Virus record (IMG/VR): IMGVR_UViG_3300035227_000232
Span: 25,414 to 89,413 of that record
Direction: 5' to 3' (one strand)
Source of the DNA: a virus
Lineage: Duplodnaviria > Caudoviricetes
DNA length: 64,000 nucleotides
Positions within the stretch are counted from its first letter, which is position 1; each line of letters begins with the position of its first letter. The position numbers and the translations under genes were made by a program. The notes beneath the pieces are model-generated. The model was not told the origin of the DNA, searched no databases, and saw only the letters and a list, made by a program, of their open reading frames with translations. Below, one piece after another: positions 39,025-46,642 of the stretch.

Positions 39025-41721
39025 TTAAAGTGTCCCCGGCGTAATACTGGTAATATATCCAAGGGGCGGTATTACATATAGGTATTTCCCAGAAGGGTAT
39101 AATGAACCATCCTGCCCATTCATGTATACGTTCCCCGGAACTGCATCGGGCGGAATTATCCCTGTCAACGTAAATTGATTTATTCCTGTAAACGCTGCTC
39201 TCGCGTTATTGGTGAAAGTCGTTTGAAACGCACCAGAAAAGTCAATCGCAGAATCTGCATATACAAGACTATCTAACCTAGTGGGCCAAAAGTTTTTCCC
39301 TTGTATTATTATATCAGTCCCCGCACTGCCCGTCGTAATAGAGTAGGTCCTTATATCTCCATAGATAGCCTTGATAGCCTCTTCCTCTTGATAAGAACCT
39401 TTAATACCATTAGGAAATTTCGAAGAAAAGACATCTGTCGAATAGTAGAGAGGGTATAACAAAGATTGGACATTACTGTTATGCCCGATTCCTAATACGT
39501 GACCTATCTCATGCGCTGCAATTAACTTAACGCTATAAGAATTAGGATCACTTGAAGCAGGATCACCGTCTGGTCGCCAATCATCTTGAGAGTCAAATAC
39601 TACATCACCGCCAATGTTTCCCACGCTCCCAAGGCTCCCTCCCGGTTGGTATGCGTAAGCTAATGTTTTATGCTGCCCATCTACAGGAGACATACTGAAT
39701 CTCCAATCACCGATACCCGACGGAGAAACTGTCGGTATATCATAGTCTACACCATAATAATCTGTAGCTAGACCAGTGGTCCTTTCTGTCCCGAGGTCTA
39801 TAAAATTCATCGAGAGTCCGGGGAACCAATCTTCAAAGGCGTCTTTCCACTCTCCTATCGCTGACACGATCTCTCCAGAGAACTCTACAGCATTGAGAGA
39901 ACCATCAAGATAGTCCTCCATATCAACGTTCTCAACGATGACATTATCCGAGCCCCTCCTTAAACTCCCCCCCGACATGAAGCTGTACCTAATAGTTACG
40001 GTCTCTGTCCCGCCAGCGATGACATTCTTTACGGCGGTTTTAAGAGTTGGCCAACCATCGTAAGATTCCCAGCTCCTGAGATGGTAAACGTCTTGTTGGA
40101 ATCCTGTTATAGCTACGTCTTGTTCCAAAGGATCAGAACTTATAGATTGATAGGACCTTCTATCTGGAGATTGCGACTCAATCCAATGCCCCGGAGGCTG
40201 ATAGAGATACAGCGGGATATGGTCTGTATAGCCCATTAATTTTATTTTCCCTTGGGCATCGTTATTCGGAACGATAGCTTGTACTTCGTAACCATCAACA
40301 ATTGAAAATGTCGAATTCAAGCCATTAAATTGAACTCCTGTTAGTCCCAAGAAACTCTGCCCTTTTACGCTAATGGTAGTATCGACATCCCCGGCGGAAG
40401 GACTAAAGCCACTGATCTTAGGTAACGGCAACCACGTCTCAGAAAGGACGGTCTGATCTTTATCAGACGAAACGACTTTTATTCTACCCTTGCAAGACAG
40501 GTCTGGAACTTTAACTTTGACTTTGGTAGGCGACTCTTCTCCATTATTCAGCAAGTCTACTGTCCCAACGATACTGAAACTATTAGAAGGGATGTCGTTA
40601 GGAGGGAAAAGAACCTCTGTAATTCTATCAAAATTCTGCCCGTGAATCGTAATTTCATCACCGGGATAACCAGTAAATGGAACAGCGTGGGTCGCAACCA
40701 TATCTGCGAATAAAAGGGTGTAAGTGTTTGGGCTTCTACTCTCTCCACCAAAGTTTGTAATGCTTATATAAGAGTCAACCTTAGAAGCCCCATATGGAAC
40801 TTTAACCTGAACTCTTTCATCCGATATGACCGTAACATCATTAGTACAAGCTTTCCCGAAGCAAGCTTTCACTGCCGTCGAAAGATTATATCCATTTACC
40901 GTTACCGTGTCATGTTCCCTGAAGGCCAAGGGAGAGAAAGATGTAATTTCTGGTTCCGAAACAACGTTGTCTTGCCTTACGGACAAGCTCGTCATTAATG
41001 GTTCATTCGCTGCTGCCCTTATATTCTTAGCAGTGACCTTTCCCCTTACCCCATAACTCTCAACAGTCACAGAACTATCTATAGGCTTAAGGTTTATTTG
41101 GATAGCTGAATTATTCCCTGTGACGGAAAGGTCTCCGCTCAGATTGTCTATGTCTATAGTTAAGCCTACCTGTTTCTTCCCAAATTTTACGTCGCTGGGG
41201 ACAGTTTCTCCTGCCTTTAGAGCGGGCTCGACTTCAGCACTATAGTTATATCCGAACCTTAAAATATTAGAAATGTCCCCTATCCCAGAGCCACCGTCTA
41301 AGACAGCGTCAGAGAAGTTTAAAAAATCTGTTTTTTCCGCTTGTTCGTATGTTGGATTAAATTCGCCTTTCAACTCATCGAAAAATACAATCTGTGCTTG
41401 AACCGTAACGGGACTTGCAGGGACAGCATTGAAAGAATAACTGGATAGATAACCACTCTTAAAATTTAGCCCACCAAAATCTCCTGTTATCGAATGTATT
41501 TCATCCTCAAAATATTCCTTCAGAGGGTCTACGCCTGTAAGTATGTACGCTATGTCAAATCTACCGCCGATTGCATTAGTCGATAAATAGTCGAATGAGT
41601 GTCTTTGCTCTGAGTAATATTGAGGCTCTGGACGAGCAGAAAACTCTACAGTAGCGTTCGTAACATAGATAGGCTGCTCATTTATCTGAATCTTGCAGTT
41701 CTTGTAAGTATAGTAAGCCAT
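39025..41721 (-). CDS. Tail-tube-fold protein fused to IPT/TIG repeats and an M10/matrixin-like zinc protease domain
   Basis: The N-terminal ~250 aa are paralogous to the two upstream genes. IPT repeats follow, then GGDVVFDSQDDW and HEIGHVLGIGH (39481-39513). Confidence 0.85.
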   Translation of the reverse strand: MAYYTYKNCKIQINEQPIYVTNATVEFSARPEPQYYSEQRHSFDYLSTNAIGGRFDIAYILTGVDPLKEYFEDEIHSITGDFGGLNFKSGYLSSYSFNAVPASPVTVQAQIVFFDELKGEFNPTYEQAEKTDFLNFSDAVLDGGSGIGDISNILRFGYNYSAEVEPALKAGETVPSDVKFGKKQVGLTIDIDNLSGDLSVTGNNSAIQINLKPIDSSVTVESYGVRGKVTAKNIRAAANEPLMTSLSVRQDNVVSEPEITSFSPLAFREHDTVTVNGYNLSTAVKACFGKACTNDVTVISDERVQVKVPYGASKVDSYISITNFGGESRSPNTYTLLFADMVATHAVPFTGYPGDEITIHGQNFDRITEVLFPPNDIPSNSFSIVGTVDLLNNGEESPTKVKVKVPDLSCKGRIKVVSSDKDQTVLSETWLPLPKISGFSPSAGDVDTTISVKGQSFLGLTGVQFNGLNSTFSIVDGYEVQAIVPNNDAQGKIKLMGYTDHIPLYLYQPPGHWIESQSPDRRSYQSISSDPLEQDVAITGFQQDVYHLRSWESYDGWPTLKTAVKNVIAGGTETVTIRYSFMSGGSLRRGSDNVIVENVDMEDYLDGSLNAVEFSGEIVSAIGEWKDAFEDWFPGLSMNFIDLGTERTTGLATDYYGVDYDIPTVSPSGIGDWRFSMSPVDGQHKTLAYAYQPGGSLGSVGNIGGDVVFDSQDDWRPDGDPASSDPNSYSVKLIAAHEIGHVLGIGHNSNVQSLLYPLYYSTDVFSSKFPNGIKGSYQEEEAIKAIYGDIRTYSITTGSAGTDIIIQGKNFWPTRLDSLVYADSAIDFSGAFQTTFTNNARAAFTGINQFTLTGIIPPDAVPGNVYMNGQDGSLYPSGKYLYVIPPLGYITSITPGTL

Positions 41722-42560
41722 CAGTAATTCCTATTCACGCCTATCTTCGTTCTTACTATATCACCAACTCTTGCTTCAAGTGATGTATTTACGACAAGAC
41801 CGCCCGACATAGTTAGAGACAAGTGAGAGTTCTCCAAAGAGTCGCAAAGTAAATCTACTTCAAAGGCTTCTATGACCATGTCAGAGCCAAACTCGGTGCT
41901 GAACGCATCTTCTGCTCTTTCTCCAGAAAAAGTGATATGCCTATGCACGCTACTCGTTAGATTTAACATCTCTGAAGCATTCATTAACTGCACTTGTTTG
42001 GGATATTTTCCTCCAATCGCATATATCGGAACCCATTGAGCCCTGAATTGATAAGAGAAATCGTAAGTGGGAAATTCTCCGTGGGCTCCGCTACTCGTTA
42101 TGAAGGTATTCCAACCATTCACTATCGAATTCGACTGATTATAGTTGACCGCATCGCCCCCGACTTTCTTAGAAGACAAACTTCCCTTTAGTGGCTCATA
42201 TGTAACGAATTGGACGCTTGCTTGAGCAGCACTGTTTGGTTTTAGTGCCAGAGTGTAATCTTGTACGTAGAAAGTCCCAGATACTCCCGCGACTTCGACA
42301 GTAAATCCTTTCGCTACGTGGTCGTCGCTTCTGAATTGTTTGATGGTCTCAATGATTTCCAAATTCGGCTCGTTATCAGCTTCGACCATATAGCTAATCT
42401 GAACCATAGAACGGATGGAATCTTTAACTGGCTGGCCAGCTTCTCCCCTTTTCTCAAGAACGTAAGCTGGGTCAAGATAATTTACAGACTGCACTGAAGC
42501 AGAATCTGCCAGAATGCCAGAGCCATTTATTACTACATCACAATTATCGAAATAGACCAT
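41721..42560 (-). CDS. Tail-tube/hub-fold structural protein (paralog 2)
   Basis: Two-fold internal repeat. FSYQFRAQWVPIYAIGGKYPKQV matches the tube-like S..R.P.Y.LG..P pattern. Confidence 0.65.
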   Translation of the reverse strand: MVYFDNCDVVINGSGILADSASVQSVNYLDPAYVLEKRGEAGQPVKDSIRSMVQISYMVEADNEPNLEIIETIKQFRSDDHVAKGFTVEVAGVSGTFYVQDYTLALKPNSAAQASVQFVTYEPLKGSLSSKKVGGDAVNYNQSNSIVNGWNTFITSSGAHGEFPTYDFSYQFRAQWVPIYAIGGKYPKQVQLMNASEMLNLTSSVHRHITFSGERAEDAFSTEFGSDMVIEAFEVDLLCDSLENSHLSLTMSGGLVVNTSLEARVGDIVRTKIGVNRNY

Positions 42561-42561
42561 A

Positions 42562-42595
42562 CCTTTTCCCTTATTCCACCCACTTGAATTTACAC
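42562..42595 (-). promoter_or_regulatory. GTGTAAATT...GGAATAAGG upstream element
   Basis: The minus strand reads GTGTAAATTcaagtgggtGGAATAAGGgaaaaggtATG, the same two boxes as upstream of 43562. Confidence 0.55.
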
Positions 42596-42599
42596 TATT

Positions 42600-43481
42600 T
42601 TATGGTCTGAGAAGATATGTTTTATAGGTTAAACTTACATTTGCGTTCGCTCCTGCCCCGACATTGTAGGATTGATCTGTGAGCCTGAGGTTTGGTAGGT
42701 GATACTGATTCACGATTTCATTAGTATGATAGTCTTTGACCGTTATTGTTAAGTCTCCAGAATTTGGCGTGCATGGAGAATCGAAATTATTGTTAATTGC
42801 GAAATTATCTCTCGTTATGTCCATATTAAAGTTACATTGAACCTCGACTGGATACGTAAGCTCTACAGATGCAGGGTATCTCTTGCCTAAGACATAGAGT
42901 GGGTTTCTATTGCTAGTTACGCTAATTGAGTAAGAGTTTACTCTGTTTGTGGTGAGTTCATCCTTAAAGTCTATCTCTATTGATCCGGGGGCTATCACCC
43001 TTAATGGATAGGTAGTACCAGCGTTATTTTGGATGTCCGTAAGGTGAGAAGGGGAATCATCCAGCATTTCTCCTGCTGTTGTGGGGATTTTACCAATTTT
43101 GCCGAATACTACCATATTCGCGTTTATTTGAGGGATATCCCCAACTGAACAAGTGTGGCTATACTGAGCCAGATATCCTGAAGTAAAACTAAAGTTATCT
43201 GCGATATTTGAGTTATTTTCTAGAAGATAGCCATTAAATCCGACGTCCCCGGTCTTATCTATAAAGTGGTCATGACTGAGAAAGTATGAAGTCAATTGCA
43301 CCTGACCGACTACAGGTCCATCTGAAGTGTAATTTAACTCACTCATCCCCAAGTGAACTATCGGCTTCACAGGAACATTGAAATTTGACACAACGCTCTG
43401 TACCCCTGATACTTCTGAGTCGTTCAGGAAGAAGTGTTGTTTCCTCCTGCTTAATCGAGTAGATGTGTTAAAGTCGATCAT
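42600..43481 (-). CDS. Tail-tube/hub-fold structural protein (paralog 1)
   Basis: Two halves: VSGVQS..PVKPIVHLG..SGYLAQYS and RVNSYSIS..RNPLYVLGKRYP..L.DQSY. Confidence 0.65.
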   Translation of the reverse strand: MIDFNTSTRLSRRKQHFFLNDSEVSGVQSVVSNFNVPVKPIVHLGMSELNYTSDGPVVGQVQLTSYFLSHDHFIDKTGDVGFNGYLLENNSNIADNFSFTSGYLAQYSHTCSVGDIPQINANMVVFGKIGKIPTTAGEMLDDSPSHLTDIQNNAGTTYPLRVIAPGSIEIDFKDELTTNRVNSYSISVTSNRNPLYVLGKRYPASVELTYPVEVQCNFNMDITRDNFAINNNFDSPCTPNSGDLTITVKDYHTNEIVNQYHLPNLRLTDQSYNVGAGANANVSLTYKTYLLRP

Positions 43482-43561
43482 AGGTACTGATAATTACACT
43501 CAGCTAATTTTATATCCTAAAATACAGCAAAATCGTGTAAATTACAGCAAGGAATAAGGTA
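43482..43561. promoter_or_regulatory. Divergent promoter region with outward-facing GTGTAA boxes
   Basis: This is the only strand-divergence point in the window. It is AT-rich, with TTACAC at 43494-43499 and GTGTAA at 43535-43540. Confidence 0.6.
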
Positions 43562-44119
43562 ATGGCTAATATTTACGACGACATACTTTTCTCAACAACT
43601 GACCCGTATACTGTAAACGATGTGGTATACGTGGCAACACTATCGGAGCAGGAAGGATATTCGTCCCGATCTTACTTCTATTCCTTAACTGACCATACAG
43701 CATCAACCACTAACCCCGCTTGGGATACTACCAATTGGGCTGGGTGGAAGGCAGACAGCTTAACAGGGAAAAAAAAGCCATCGTTCCATTGGACCCCATC
43801 ATATAATGTCCAAAGCAAACATGAGCCTAGAGTTAAAAAGATTATGCTCGGGGATGGGTACGAACAAAGAAGTCCAGATGGATTGAATAGTTCCCTTTTA
43901 GATTTACAGCTAACTTTCGAACTGAGAAATCAAAAAGAGGCGAATGCAATACTCCACTTTTTAGAGACGATGGGAGGAACGGCATCTTTCTTATTCACCG
44001 CTACTCCGCCATTCGATAAGGAAAAAAGATTCCTGTGCCCTAACTGGAGTAGCACGTATGTTTTCTTTGACAACTTCAGTATCAATGCTCAATTTTCCGA
44101 AACTTCGGTTATAAACTGA
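43562..44119 (+). CDS. Minor tail protein, lambda gpM-like, with an N-terminal extra module
   Basis: WTPSY...PRVKKIMLGDGYEQRSPDGLN...F....ANAILHFL..GG..SFLF. Confidence 0.9.
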   Translation: MANIYDDILFSTTDPYTVNDVVYVATLSEQEGYSSRSYFYSLTDHTASTTNPAWDTTNWAGWKADSLTGKKKPSFHWTPSYNVQSKHEPRVKKIMLGDGYEQRSPDGLNSSLLDLQLTFELRNQKEANAILHFLETMGGTASFLFTATPPFDKEKRFLCPNWSSTYVFFDNFSINAQFSETSVIN

Positions 44120-45156
44120 TGGACAAAACTACTGCAAGGAACTCCGGTAAAAAAATTAACGCAGAACTGTTTTCCCTTGGGCCTTCTGCTTTAATGACTT
44201 TTTTCGAAATAGATTTAACTGACATCTTATTTGACAAGGGAATAATAGGTCAGCCCGACAGTACGAATGAGCACCAAAGAATCTTCAGATTTCATAACAA
44301 TTTACATTTAACTAAATCGAGCCTTCAATGGCAGGGCAAGACATTCGTCGCTATCCCTGCGGAATCAGAAGGGTTCGAATATAATTCTACTGGAACTTTA
44401 CCTCAGCCAAAAATGAGGATTTCTGTAAGTGAAGAAGGTGTCCCTACTCTCTCTCTTCTTAAAACGACGATGGAGCAAGTCGGAGACGCTGTAGGTGCTA
44501 AATTCACAAGGAGAAGAACCTTGGCTAAATATTTAGACGCTGCTAATTTTGCTGGGGACGCTCCCGACAGACATTCGGAAGATCAAAACGCAGAGTTTCC
44601 AAGGGACGTATATTTTATCGAGAGAAAATCAGAAGAGAGTAAGACGACTCTCGAATTTGAGTTAGCTTCAGTGCTCGACATAGAAAACATAAGACTACCA
44701 GCCAGACTTATGATAGCGAAGAGATGCATGTGGTTTTATAGGGGGGAAGGCTGTAGCTATGAATACAGTTCGGCAGTGGATGAATGGGCTGCGGAGTATG
44801 GAATGACTCGTAGTGAAGGAGCTGCTTCTCTTCCAGCGTCTGCTGGCCCGAAGGCTACGGAAAACGATGAAAAATTTTCAGACCTTCTTCCGGGGGTGAG
44901 CCTCACAGGCCCTTTCATATTTTCACTTACTAGGACATTTCTGACTGGGCAATTTGTATACATAACAAAAGATAATCTAAGGTATTATTTCGTGGCTAAA
45001 AAAGCGACCGTTGGAAATGAAGTAACTAATACAGAATACTGGTGGGCGGACCAATGTTCCAAAACCATCAGAGGATGTAAGTTCAGATGGGATAACATAA
45101 ATGACGGGAGTTTGCCGTTCGGAGGGTTCCCTGCCCTCGGTAGGATAGGACAATAA
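44119..45156 (+). CDS. Minor tail protein, lambda gpL-like (4-Cys Fe-S motif)
   Basis: WQGKTF..P..EGFE, RRRTLAKYLDAANF, FELAS.LD, CMWFYRGEGC and DQCSKTIRGCKFR..LPFGGFP. Confidence 0.93.
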   Translation: MDKTTARNSGKKINAELFSLGPSALMTFFEIDLTDILFDKGIIGQPDSTNEHQRIFRFHNNLHLTKSSLQWQGKTFVAIPAESEGFEYNSTGTLPQPKMRISVSEEGVPTLSLLKTTMEQVGDAVGAKFTRRRTLAKYLDAANFAGDAPDRHSEDQNAEFPRDVYFIERKSEESKTTLEFELASVLDIENIRLPARLMIAKRCMWFYRGEGCSYEYSSAVDEWAAEYGMTRSEGAASLPASAGPKATENDEKFSDLLPGVSLTGPFIFSLTRTFLTGQFVYITKDNLRYYFVAKKATVGNEVTNTEYWWADQCSKTIRGCKFRWDNINDGSLPFGGFPALGRIGQ

Positions 45157-45923
45157 TGTATTTAACAGAAGAAATTAAGAGATGCATTAAAGAGCATTCT
45201 CTTGAAGACTCAAGGAAAGAGGCTTGCGGTTTGATCATCGCAAGTAACCGCTCCCATGAGTTAAGAGCATTCAGATGTAAAAATGCATCCTCTCACCCAG
45301 AAGATCATTTCGAAATTTCTCCCAGAAGTTACGTTAGGGCATCAAGGACAGGTAAAATAGTTGCAATATATCACTCTCATACTTCTGGAACCAGAGGGTT
45401 CTCAGGATTAGATATATCAGTAAGTGAAAATCACAACCTCAAATCTATCCTCTATAATGTTGAGGATGGTTCTTTCCATAATCATGAGCCATCCAATTAT
45501 AAAGCTAATATTTGGACCAAGAAACCGGACCCAAGTGCATTTACTTGTTTCAAGGCGGTCATAGACTTTTATAAGGAAGTCCTTTCTCTCGATATCTCAT
45601 CTAATACGAAAGAGCTTCAGAATTTAACAGACCAAAGGACATTGAGAAAAAATATAGAGATTCTCGACGAAAAAGAATTCTACAGAAAGGAGGGATTCTT
45701 CCCAATCCATGAGGGACCAATCGATGCAGAAAGTAAGAAGCTCCTTAGGAAGTACGACGTCATTGCCTTAAAATATTTTGACATAACGGCCCACTTGTTA
45801 ATATACTTAGGAGACAATAAAGTGTTCCATCACACGAGGTATGGATATCCTAGAATAGAAAAACTAACTCACCCTATGGAAGTAAGAACAAGGGGGATAG
45901 TAAGACATCTAAAATTCGCATGA
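45156..45923 (+). CDS. Tail assembly protein, lambda gpK-like (JAB/MPN + NlpC/P60)
   Basis: EACGLI and HSH-x7-S-x2-D JAB motif, then FTCF..DFY and HLLIYLGDNKVFHH. Confidence 0.9.
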   Translation: MYLTEEIKRCIKEHSLEDSRKEACGLIIASNRSHELRAFRCKNASSHPEDHFEISPRSYVRASRTGKIVAIYHSHTSGTRGFSGLDISVSENHNLKSILYNVEDGSFHNHEPSNYKANIWTKKPDPSAFTCFKAVIDFYKEVLSLDISSNTKELQNLTDQRTLRKNIEILDEKEFYRKEGFFPIHEGPIDAESKKLLRKYDVIALKYFDITAHLLIYLGDNKVFHHTRYGYPRIEKLTHPMEVRTRGIVRHLKFA

Positions 45924-46639
45924 GTCAATTCACTACAATTCGTTTGCATGGTCAACTGGGAGAAACAGTCGGCAATGAGTGGGATTTACTGGTAAGCAGT
46001 GTCGCTGAAGCAGTCAACGCAATAGAAACTCTCTCTAAGAGAAAACTATTCAAATACCTTCTAGAAGAAGAAAAAAAGAACATTAGATACAAGGTATATA
46101 TAAATGAAAAAGAAGTAGAATTTGATGATGATTATGAAGATATCGAAAAGATAGCGAAGACTGAAGTATGTATGGAATTTGATGACCTCCAGTCTATCGA
46201 CATCGTCCCCGTAATCGAAGGAGCGGATGATGGTCTCTTGAATATCATTATGGGAGCAGCACTTATTCTAGCTGTGTTCACCGTTTTCGCTGGAGCAGCT
46301 TTTGCTGTAAAGGCTGCAATATTTGCTGCGGGAGCAGCCCTTCTGTCATCTGGAATTATGGCGATGTTAGCAAAACCGCCTACTCTAGACCCTCCTAAGA
46401 ATATAGAACTGAAAGGTGCAACTTCTTATTTGTTTCAAGGGACAATAAACACGAACAAAGAAGGCAACCCAGTCCCTATCGTTTACGGGAGATTGCCAGT
46501 TGGTTCCTATGTCTTAGAATCGAACTATGAATCATATAACGTCATTGCATACGACAGCCCGAGCGATACTGAGCAAATTTCCACGATCCATACAGAACTT
46601 GCTGTATTGCGTGAAGCCTACGATATAATTCACACTTAG
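45920..46639 (+). CDS. Tail assembly protein, lambda gpI-like
   Basis: IRLHGQLG, AEAVNAI, IDIVPVIEGA, a hydrophobic Ala-rich stretch, and SYLF.G..NT..EG.PVPIVYG...VGS. Confidence 0.9.
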   Translation: MSQFTTIRLHGQLGETVGNEWDLLVSSVAEAVNAIETLSKRKLFKYLLEEEKKNIRYKVYINEKEVEFDDDYEDIEKIAKTEVCMEFDDLQSIDIVPVIEGADDGLLNIIMGAALILAVFTVFAGAAFAVKAAIFAAGAALLSSGIMAMLAKPPTLDPPKNIELKGATSYLFQGTINTNKEGNPVPIVYGRLPVGSYVLESNYESYNVIAYDSPSDTEQISTIHTELAVLREAYDIIHT

Positions 46640-46642
46640 ACG

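Noticed and set aside
39015-39035. TTTAAAA slippery heptamer at the first in-frame junction
   Set aside because: It is not phased as X XXY YYZ in the coding frame, and the downstream ORF is in the same frame, so a -1 shift would not join them.
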